IMG/VR virus record: IMGVR_UViG_2711768073_000012
From: a virus
Lineage: Duplodnaviria; Heunggongvirae; Uroviricota; Caudoviricetes
Direction: 5' to 3' (one strand)
DNA length: 4,984 nt
Shown here: positions 1-4,984 of the stretch, one piece after another
Layout of the letters: the number at the start of each line of letters is the position of its first letter
Numbering within the stretch: position 1 is the first letter of the stretch
Translations under genes and position numbers: made by a program
Notes under the pieces: generated by a model
Databases searched by the model: none
The model's input: only the letters and a program-made list of their open reading frames with translations
Told to the model about the DNA's origin: nothing

Positions 1-1
1 C

Positions 2-1498
2 TTTGCTCATCCGGAAGAAATCGACACCATTGTGTCCCACACCCGCGATATTGCCATTCAGGAAGACCGCCACGAGCTGGGCAATGATATTACTCCGCGC
101 TTTAAGGTGGAGTATGTCGACGGCTCAAAAGGCACGCCAACCAGCTACATCGCCACCTACATCGGAAAGAACCTGGACAGCCGCGCCGTGGATGGCATCG
201 ACCCGAAAACGGGCAAGCCACGCGTTGACCACGAAACCGGAAAATCAATGGCCGAGAGCGTGGAACGCGCCATCGGCTGGGCACGCCTTCACCGGGTCCG
301 CCAGTTCCAGTTCTTTGGCATCCCCTCCCGTCAGGTATGGCGTGAACTCCGCCGCCTTGCCAGCCAGATGGCACGCAACCCGGAAGGCCCACAACGGCTG
401 AAGGATGATGCAATGGATGCGGTACTCGCTGCCGCTGATGCCGGGTGTTTTGCCACCTACATTGAGAAACAGGGCGGCGTACTTGTTCCACGCAAAGACT
501 ACCTGATTCGCACCGCCTACGACCTCGCAGATGAGCTGAACGATTACGGCGAACAGAGCGTACAGATTTACGGGATCTGGTCACCACTCATCGGGGAATC
601 CTCCCGTGTGTGCACGCACTCGGATAACTGGAAGCTGGTAAGACGTAAACCGGAAGCGGAAGACAGCACCCGCGAAAATGGTTTTGACCTTCAGGGCGGC
701 CCTGCCGCCCCTTGGACTCGTGGCAATAACTGTCCCCGTGTACAGGAAACGGACAACAACGGGACAGAACAGCCGGAAGAAAGGCCAGCACCGTGGCCGC
801 AGCTTCCTGACGGCGTTGACGTGAATGAATGGATGCGCTCACTGAAACGGCACGAACGCCGGGCGCTGATGCGTTCGCTGCGTGACAAACAGGCAAAAAA
901 CAGCAGTGATGAAATGCAGAACTGGACACAGAGCCGCAAACAGCCACGGCCTTTGCCTGATAACCACGAGTTACTCGCTAAAGAATGGCGGGAGTCTGCT
1001 GAATCTCTCGGCCTGCATATCGGTGAACAGCAGATGCAGCACCTGTTACGGGGCGGCAGTCTGTACGTTGACGGCAGCATCATTGCACCGCAGGGATTTG
1101 AAATTGTACGCAAACCAGATACCCGCCCGGACAGCCGAATCACGCAACTCTGGCAGCGCCTGAGCCGTAATCACGGCGTAAGCAGCACGGAGATCCGCCA
1201 TAACCCGGTCGCCAGCTATCTGGAACAGCTGGGGGCATCAGACCCCGAAGCCGCCGCACACCTGGCATCCACACTTCAGCAGGACCAGAACACCATGAAA
1301 ACCCCCGTTACCGTGCTTTCTGACATGCTGCGCGCCATCCGTGACGCAGTGCACGCACAGAGAATCAGTGAAACCACTGAACGCGCCCACCGCAAAGCAG
1401 ACCTGCTGCGGGGTAGCCTGACCAGTGGAAACAAAAAACAGACAGAAACGGGACTCACAAATCCCGTAAATGAGCAAAAAACGTGCCGCGATATATGA
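2..1498 (+). CDS. A: Replication initiation endonuclease, phage P2 gene A family (rolling-circle initiator), C-terminal part; 5' end lies outside the window
   Basis: Frame is open from nt 2 (FAHPEEIDTIV...) with no stop until TGA at 1496-1498. Contains the paired-tyrosine motif SYIATYIGKN (Y-x-x-x-Y followed by K), typical of the catalytic motif of rolling-circle initiators of the phiX174/P2 A type. Position is consistent with P2 gene order (A, then variable cargo, then cos, then Q). The other overlapping ORFs here are off-frame artefacts of GC-rich sequence. Confidence 0.8.
   Translation, partial: FAHPEEIDTIVSHTRDIAIQEDRHELGNDITPRFKVEYVDGSKGTPTSYIATYIGKNLDSRAVDGIDPKTGKPRVDHETGKSMAESVERAIGWARLHRVRQFQFFGIPSRQVWRELRRLASQMARNPEGPQRLKDDAMDAVLAAADAGCFATYIEKQGGVLVPRKDYLIRTAYDLADELNDYGEQSVQIYGIWSPLIGESSRVCTHSDNWKLVRRKPEAEDSTRENGFDLQGGPAAPWTRGNNCPRVQETDNNGTEQPEERPAPWPQLPDGVDVNEWMRSLKRHERRALMRSLRDKQAKNSSDEMQNWTQSRKQPRPLPDNHELLAKEWRESAESLGLHIGEQQMQHLLRGGSLYVDGSIIAPQGFEIVRKPDTRPDSRITQLWQRLSRNHGVSSTEIRHNPVASYLEQLGASDPEAAAHLASTLQQDQNTMKTPVTVLSDMLRAIRDAVHAQRISETTERAHRKADLLRGSLTSGNKKQTETGLTNPVNEQKTCRDI
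1448..1467. promoter_or_regulatory. Inverted repeat ACGGGA-(8 nt)-TCCCGT inside the 3' end of gene A; candidate protein-binding or ori-associated hairpin
   Basis: Seen directly: acgggactcacaaatcccgt, 6-bp arms. A related element recurs about 73 bp downstream (1521-1540). Function is inferred. Confidence 0.3.
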
Positions 1499-1520
1499 AG
1501 CGCGCACAAAACAGGCAAAA

Positions 1521-1540
1521 GCGGGATTTAAAAATCCTGT
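1521..1540. promoter_or_regulatory. Inverted repeat GGATT-(4-5 nt)-AATCC in the A/parM-like intergenic region; candidate operator or centromere-like (parC-type) site overlapping a possible promoter
   Basis: Seen directly: gcgggatttaaaaatcctgt. It resembles the 1448-1467 element (aaa-cggga...aatcc-gtaa in both). It is followed by an AT-rich stretch (ttaattaat) and a Shine-Dalgarno aggaa 7 nt before the ATG at 1575. The promoter call (-35-like tttaaa, -10-like taatta) is weak. Confidence 0.3.
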
Positions 1541-1574
1541 AACCGATTAATTAATCAACACAAGGAAAAGCGAC

Positions 1575-2537
1575 ATGAAAATTTGTATCGACGACGGCTC
1601 CACCAACATCAAGCTGGCATGGACTGAGAACGGCGAACGCCGCAACGCCATCAGCCCGAACAGCTTCAAGTCGGAATGGTCTGCGCCGTTCGGTGGCACG
1701 CAGCCCGCGAACTACATGCTTGATGGCGTGCGCTATGGTTTTGATCCGGTCAGCGATCGCTTTGTCCAGACGACCGACACGCAATACCAGTACAGCGATG
1801 TGAATATAATTGCCATTCATCACGCGCTGGTCAAATCAGGCATCACACCACAGGAAGTGGATGTGGTTGTCACCCTGCCACTGAGCGAGTATTTCGATAC
1901 AAACGCACAGCCGGACATGGCCAACATCAACCGCAAAAAAGCGAACGTCATGCGCCCGGTGGAGTACCAGAACGGCGAAGCATTCACTATCCGTAACGTA
2001 CGGGTTATGCCTGAATCCATTCCGGCTGGCTTTAAGGCACTGGCTGACATGAGTCCGTTTGAATCCCTGCTGATTGTGGATTTGGGCGGAACCACTCTGG
2101 ATGTGGCAAAGGTTCAGGGGCAACTGGCAGGTATCAGCCAGGTGTTTTGCGATCCACACGTGGGCGTTTCTCTGATGGCCGATGCCGTACTGTCGGTGAT
2201 GGCCACTAACGGTATGCGCACCAGTCACCACATCGCCAATACCATTATCGAACATCGCCATGATGAAGCCTGGTTGCGCCAGCACATCCACAATGACGCG
2301 CATTACGCCAGCCTGATGGCGGTTATTCGTGAAAAGGAAGAAACACTGAAACAACGAGTGATCCGCGCGCTGGCGGGGTTTTCGGGTTACGGGCGGGTGA
2401 TGGTTGTCGGTGGCGGGGCGGAGATTGTGGCACCCGCTATCCGCGAAGCCTGCGGAGTTAATGCGACTTTCATCGCAAAAATGATGAAGCCTGGCTGCGC
2501 CAGCACATCCACAATGACGCGCATTACGCCAGCCTGA
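1575..2537 (+). CDS. ParM/StbA-like actin-fold partition ATPase; the native C-terminus is replaced by 19 frameshifted codons because of a tandem duplication
   Basis: N-terminus MKICIDDGSTNIKLAW closely resembles the plasmid R1 ParM/StbA N-terminus (IDDGSTNIKL phosphate-1 motif). Also present: phosphate-2 motif LIVDLGGTTLDV and adenosine motif VMVVGGGAEIV. SD aggaa sits 7 nt upstream of the ATG. The last 19 residues (KMMKPGCASTSTMTRITPA) are copy 2 of the duplication read out of frame. Confidence 0.85.
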   Translation: MKICIDDGSTNIKLAWTENGERRNAISPNSFKSEWSAPFGGTQPANYMLDGVRYGFDPVSDRFVQTTDTQYQYSDVNIIAIHHALVKSGITPQEVDVVVTLPLSEYFDTNAQPDMANINRKKANVMRPVEYQNGEAFTIRNVRVMPESIPAGFKALADMSPFESLLIVDLGGTTLDVAKVQGQLAGISQVFCDPHVGVSLMADAVLSVMATNGMRTSHHIANTIIEHRHDEAWLRQHIHNDAHYASLMAVIREKEETLKQRVIRALAGFSGYGRVMVVGGGAEIVAPAIREACGVNATFIAKMMKPGCASTSTMTRITPA

Positions 2538-2697
2538 TGGCGGTTATTCGTGAAAAGGAAGAAACACTGAAACAACGCGTGATCCGCGCGCTGGCGGGTT
2601 TTTCGGGTTACGGGCGGGTGATGGTTGTCGGTGGAGGGGCGGAGATTGTGGCACCCGCTATCCGCGAAGCCTGCGGAGTTAATGCGACTTTCATCGC
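2260..2697. repeat. Imperfect direct tandem duplication: two 217-bp copies (2260-2476 and 2481-2697) separated by AAAA; period 221 bp, not a multiple of 3
   Basis: Aligned by eye. The copies differ at 4 positions (2274 t/2495 c; 2357 a/2578 c; 2378 g/2599 t; 2414 c/2635 a). All four are third-codon-position synonymous changes in the parM reading frame. CATCGC occurs at the left boundary (2253-2258) and at the end of each copy (2471-2476 and 2692-2697). Confidence 0.9.
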
Positions 2698-2755
2698 GGA
2701 CGGGGTGCCACAGTTTGCTCTGGTTAATGGGCTGTACGCAATGGACAAGGAGTAA
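2537..2755 (+). CDS. Displaced native C-terminal reading frame of the parM-like gene (72-aa ORF); likely a remnant of the duplication rather than an independent gene
   Basis: Translation MAVIREKEETLKQRVIRALAGFSGYGRVMVVGGGAEIVAPAIREACGVNATFIA is identical to residues about 248-301 of the upstream ORF. It then continues DGVPQFALVNGLYAMDKE, which resembles the ParM C-terminal end (..DLVNGMY..). Removing one repeat unit restores a single ~319-aa ParM-like ORF running 1575 to 2755. Confidence 0.45.
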   Translation: MAVIREKEETLKQRVIRALAGFSGYGRVMVVGGGAEIVAPAIREACGVNATFIADGVPQFALVNGLYAMDKE

Positions 2756-2759
2756 ACCA

Positions 2760-3071
2760 ATGACGACTCCAACCAGACGGATAAGTTTCTATCTGAAGCC
2801 CACCGCCGTCAAGAACGAAGGAGAAGCATGCGCCTGGCTGGACAGCCTTACACCAGAAGCCCGCAAAAGCGGCCAACGCGTGGCTTTTCTGGCCGGGCTG
2901 GCACTTCTGAAAATGAATCCGGCAGAGGCTTATCGACTGGCTGCATGGGCTGGTGATGAAGCGTTATCAGTGACACAAACCAGGACAGAACGCCCCGCAT
3001 CACAGCCAGTATCAACCGCACAGATAACCAGTCAGATGGCCGGAAATATCCGGGCGTTATTTCCTGAATAA
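2760..3071 (+). CDS. ParR/StbB-like partition adaptor (ribbon-helix-helix-type small DNA-binding protein), 103 aa
   Basis: ATG at 2760 is preceded by SD aaggag (2747-2752, 7-nt spacer) and starts 5 nt after the parM-frame stop. Translation MTTPTRRISFYLKP...LDSLTPEARKSGQRVAFLAGLALLK...IRALFPE resembles R1 StbB/ParR (RRTIAFKLNP...LDSIPQGERS...AALTAGLALY...LRSLFP). The 148-aa ORF in the track (from 2625) begins inside repeat copy 2 in a third frame, so 2760 is the preferred start. Confidence 0.7.
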   Translation: MTTPTRRISFYLKPTAVKNEGEACAWLDSLTPEARKSGQRVAFLAGLALLKMNPAEAYRLAAWAGDEALSVTQTRTERPASQPVSTAQITSQMAGNIRALFPE

Positions 3072-3079
3072 CACAACAT

Positions 3080-3097
3080 CAGGGCGAGTTCGCCCTG
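3080..3097. promoter_or_regulatory. Palindrome CAGGGCGA-gt-TCGCCCTG directly downstream of the parR-like gene; hairpin or protein-binding site
   Basis: Seen directly. The same 8-bp arms recur at 3738-3763. There is no T-tract after it, so it is not a classical intrinsic terminator. Confidence 0.4.
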
Positions 3098-3134
3098 CTC
3101 TCCACCTCAGAACATAAACAAGGAGAACGACTTA

Positions 3135-3725
3135 ATGAGCGAAATCAACTATCAGGCATTACGTGAACGTTATTCACCTGTGCCAGTACCGAAATGCCCT
3201 ATTTGCGGCGAGGAAATGTCAATTCAGCGAATATCTGGAGCACAGGTTGTTTATGCCTGCTCCGGTTATGGTGATGATGGAGATTTCAAAATTGGCCAAA
3301 CTCTTGCCGACGAACATTATGAAAAATCACGCGTAACAGTGTTGGATGTCGGGGATCCTGAAGTATTGGCGCTACTTGATTGGCTGGAAACCAAAGACAA
3401 CCGAATCGCTGAACTGGAAAAAATCGCCACTGACTATGCACTTAAATTCCAGAAAGCACAGGACGCATTAAAGTATGCCGCTTTGCTGCATAGCAGGACG
3501 GCGCAACAAACAAATAATTTTGCAGTATCGCTTCCGGACATAAGCGAATATTTCATTAATGACGTATTTCAGCCCTTGCGATACGAGCGGGATGTTGAAA
3601 GAGCCATCATAAAGGCTGGCGGAAAAGCATTGTGGCAGGAGAAACACGAGGACAGAACGCATCAGTCCTGCGATGTAAATCGTGGATGGTTTAGCCCACT
3701 GACGACAGATAAAAATAACACCTGA
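3135..3725 (+). CDS. Ead/Ea22-like family protein (prophage early-region protein of unknown function) with an N-terminal CPIC motif and a central coiled-coil-like segment
   Basis: ATG at 3135 with SD aaggag 9 nt upstream. N-terminus MSEINYQALRE and the segment PEVLALLDWLETKDNRIAELE resemble, from memory, the conserved N-terminus and ..VLALLDELEAAEKRIAELE.. segment of Ead/Ea22-like prophage proteins. Cysteines at residues 21, 24 and 42. Codon composition is visibly more AT-rich than the flanking genes. Confidence 0.5.
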   Translation: MSEINYQALRERYSPVPVPKCPICGEEMSIQRISGAQVVYACSGYGDDGDFKIGQTLADEHYEKSRVTVLDVGDPEVLALLDWLETKDNRIAELEKIATDYALKFQKAQDALKYAALLHSRTAQQTNNFAVSLPDISEYFINDVFQPLRYERDVERAIIKAGGKALWQEKHEDRTHQSCDVNRGWFSPLTTDKNNT

Positions 3726-3737
3726 TCCCCCTCAAAC

Positions 3738-3763
3738 CAGGGCGATAATCGCGCATCGCCCTG
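3738..3763. promoter_or_regulatory. Second copy of the CAGGGCGA...TCGCCCTG inverted repeat (10-nt spacer), directly downstream of the Ea22-like gene
   Basis: Seen directly: cagggcgataatcgcgcatcgccctg. Together with 3080-3097 it brackets the Ea22-like ORF. Confidence 0.4.
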
Positions 3764-3764
3764 C

Positions 3765-3792
3765 TGCACAATAGTGCACAAGTTTGCACAAT
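3765..3792. repeat. Three phased direct repeats TGCACAA at 3765, 3775 and 3786 (10-11 bp spacing, about one helical turn); candidate protein-binding array
   Basis: Seen directly: tgcacaatagtgcacaagtttgcacaat, followed by a T7 tract. Confidence 0.4.
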
Positions 3793-3834
3793 TTTTTTGA
3801 ACGACTTTTTACCCTTCCGGCCCGCATGGCGGCT

Positions 3835-3853
3835 GGATCCGTCAAGGATCCGT
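3835..3853. repeat. Direct repeat GGATCCGT x2 with 11-bp period
   Basis: Seen directly: ggatccgtcaaggatccgt. Confidence 0.4.
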
Positions 3854-3861
3854 GCGTGCAC

Positions 3862-3886
3862 AAAAAAACGCGCTTTTTCTGCGCGC
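3862..3886 (-). terminator. Candidate rho-independent terminator for leftward (- strand) transcription
   Basis: The - strand reads CGCGC-agaaaaa-GCGCG followed by TTTTTTT: a 5-6 bp all-GC stem, 7-nt loop and U7 tract. It lies about 330 nt downstream of the portal stop, so its target transcript is uncertain. Confidence 0.4.
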
Positions 3887-3910
3887 AGGTGACGGGGGAA
3901 CAGCCCGCGT

Positions 3911-3937
3911 TTCAGGGGGTAAATAGCATCCCCTGAA
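3911..3937. promoter_or_regulatory. Inverted repeat TTCAGGGG-(11 nt)-CCCCTGAA
   Basis: Seen directly. One of several palindromes in the presumed cos-proximal region; another is tcacgc-tga-gcgtga at 3974-3988. Confidence 0.3.
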
Positions 3938-4163
3938 CGATGTCGCAGCGACACAACAGAATGGCTGTATTTCTCACGCTGAGCGTGAAAAAGACGTGAG
4001 GGCTTTTGATTTGATGGGTGGCAGATAAGGCCGTCAAAATCGCACTGAGGCGGCGAGAACATGCAGTCAACGCGGTGGGATTGCGTAAGAGTCTGACCGC
4101 CGATGATGACAATAAGCAGAAAAGCGTCGTGAAATTATCTGATTGATACAGGAGCTGGAGAGT

Positions 4164-4188
4164 CGGGGCATAAATTTTTTATGCCCCG
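4164..4188 (-). terminator. Near-perfect palindrome CGGGGCAT-aaatttttt-ATGCCCCG 27 nt downstream of the portal stop; candidate transcription terminator or binding site
   Basis: Seen directly: 8-bp GC-rich arms with an A/T-only centre. There is no external U-tract on either strand, so the terminator assignment is tentative. Confidence 0.35.
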
Positions 4189-4214
4189 GCGAAGCAGCAG
4201 ACAAGCGAAGCGCG

Positions 4215-4984
4215 TCAGGATGTGGGCTGGGTATCTAGCAGTGCGTAAGGGTTAAAGCGGATCACCTCTTCGCCAAGCCAGTCATTGATGTGCTTCATGG
4301 CCTCCATGACGGGCATCAGCTCGTTAATTGCGTAAACCCGCGCGGCCTTCTCCACATCACCAAACGCACTTTTTTCGCCCGGCATCGCCCCCATCAGTTG
4401 CGGCGGAACGCGGTGCGCAGCCAGCACATCATCACGGGATGCCGCCTTAACATTCATGAACTCATCCTTTGCGGTGATCTGCTGGAACGGCAAAATTTGC
4501 ACCCCCTCTTTGCCCCCGTTGGGCGCATGAATGAGCACATTTTTAAACGCACCACCACCACGTGCACCCTGTAACGTTTCTTTCAGGGAGTCCATGCTTT
4601 CGCGGTTTACCTGCGCTGCTCCGATGTAGATGATGCACCCGGCGTGGGATCCATTGTCGTAGTACAGTTTTCTGAACATGTCCGCCGAATGAGACAGGCT
4701 GGCCGAGAGTAATGCGCCGAGATATTCCGGCATGCCGTAGATTTCCTGGTTAATATCCGGATTCATCAGGTGGCACACTTTGCCAGGGCGAAACTGAAAC
4801 GCGTCCTTGCCGTCCTGTACATACCACCATGATTCAAGATCGCTTCCGCGTCGCATGTATTTCGCCAGTGCGTGCCGTAATTTAAGCGGTTCGCCGAGCA
4901 TATTGCTTCGAAGCTCAAGGAATGCGTTACCGAACACAAACCAGTCCAGCGCCAGCGCCGAGAAATCCTGCCGGGAAAGCAGCG
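4215..4984 (-). CDS. Q: Phage portal protein (P2 gene Q type), C-terminal ~255 codons; N-terminus lies beyond the window end
   Basis: The - strand frame is open from the window edge (..LLSRQDFSALALDWFVFGNAFLE..) to TGA at 4215-4217. It contains the HRVPPQLMGAMPG motif, which resembles the conserved (F/H)RVPPxLxG signature of phage portal proteins. Leftward orientation next to the cos-type region and opposite gene A matches P2 synteny. Confidence 0.75.
   Translation of the reverse strand, partial: LLSRQDFSALALDWFVFGNAFLELRSNMLGEPLKLRHALAKYMRRGSDLESWWYVQDGKDAFQFRPGKVCHLMNPDINQEIYGMPEYLGALLSASLSHSADMFRKLYYDNGSHAGCIIYIGAAQVNRESMDSLKETLQGARGGGAFKNVLIHAPNGGKEGVQILPFQQITAKDEFMNVKAASRDDVLAAHRVPPQLMGAMPGEKSAFGDVEKAARVYAINELMPVMEAMKHINDWLGEEVIRFNPYALLDTQPTS

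Larger units (their letters stand above)
3726..4214. other. Non-coding, repeat-rich junction between the rightward early/cargo genes and the leftward portal gene; the expected location of the cos/packaging region in a P2-like genome
   Basis: No convincing ORF (only two Arg/His-rich - strand ORFs without RBS). Dense in direct and inverted repeats. In P2 the cohesive end lies a few hundred bp beyond the 3' end of Q. A G/C-rich stretch gaggcggcgagaacatgcag (about 4048-4067) is loosely reminiscent of the P2-type cohesive-end sequence as I recall it, but does not match it exactly. Confidence 0.4.

Noticed and set aside
3-401. 132-aa + strand ORF at the window start
   Set aside because: It overlaps the gene A-type reading frame in another frame. 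Its Arg/Ser/Pro/Ala/Trp-rich composition is typical of an off-frame translation of GC-rich coding DNA. The gene A frame carries the recognisable catalytic motif.
102-1518. - strand ORFs 102-587, 588-947, 691-1143, 1238-1507, 1276-1518 and + strand ORF 882-1163
   Set aside because: All are antisense or off-frame within the long gene A-type ORF, are Arg/Cys-rich and low-complexity, and have no RBS context. They are shadow ORFs.
1551-2575. - strand ORFs antisense to the parM-like gene (1551-1823, 1820-2095, 1836-2354, 2387-2575)
   Set aside because: They lie opposite a gene with clear actin-fold motifs. The last two share an identical N-terminus only because they lie on the two copies of the tandem duplication. 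They are artefacts.
2260-2700. Programmed ribosomal frameshift as an explanation for the parM frame change
   Set aside because: The frame change is fully explained by a 221-bp-period tandem duplication. No slippery heptamer or pseudoknot logic is needed, and the out-of-frame tail is simply repeat copy 2.
2625-2759. Upstream extension of the parR-like ORF (148-aa version starting at 2625)
   Set aside because: The first 45 codons lie inside duplication copy 2 in a third frame and overlap the displaced parM C-terminal frame. The ATG at 2760 has a good SD and yields a ParR-sized protein with the family-typical N-terminus.
3468-3662. 64-aa - strand ORF inside the Ea22-like gene
   Set aside because: Antisense to a better-supported ORF with RBS. 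No independent support.
3765-3853. CRISPR array
   Set aside because: The repeats are only 7-8 bp, present in 2-3 copies with 3-4 bp spacers. This is not CRISPR repeat-spacer architecture.
3691-4112. - strand ORFs 3691-4062 (123 aa) and 3912-4112 (66 aa) in the cos-proximal region
   Set aside because: Arg/His/Ser-rich junk-like translations with no RBS, spanning multiple palindromes and direct repeats. The region is better explained as non-coding packaging or regulatory DNA.
3726-4214. tRNA gene or attachment site in the non-coding block
   Set aside because: No cloverleaf-compatible sequence or T-loop-like GTTCRANYC motif was evident. Synteny suggests a cos region rather than att, and the integration module would lie elsewhere in a P2-like genome.
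4290-4574. 94-aa + strand ORF inside the portal gene
   Set aside because: Antisense to the portal reading frame, which carries a recognisable portal motif. It is a shadow ORF.
1-4984. Insertion sequence, transposase or integrase
   Set aside because: No transposase- or integrase-like ORF and no terminal inverted repeats bounding a segment. The only large repeat is the tandem duplication inside the parM-like gene.

Overview
This window appears to span the early-gene/head-gene junction of a P2-like (Peduovirus-type) phage or prophage. From left to right: (1) the 3' ~1.5 kb of a gene A-type rolling-circle replication endonuclease on the + strand, open to the window start; (2) a three-gene + strand cargo island sitting where P2 carries tin/old: a ParM/StbA-like actin-fold ATPase, a ParR/StbB-like small adaptor, and a more AT-rich Ead/Ea22-like protein; (3) a ~490 bp repeat- and palindrome-rich non-coding stretch where the cos/packaging site would be expected; (4) the 3' ~770 bp of a portal (Q-type) gene on the - strand, open to the window end. 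The most striking points are a plasmid-type partition module (parMR-like) inside an integrative-phage variable locus, and a 217-bp imperfect tandem duplication that frameshifts the parM-like gene near its 3' end while the two copies differ only at four synonymous positions. All family assignments come from reading the translations and motifs by eye; no database search was run.
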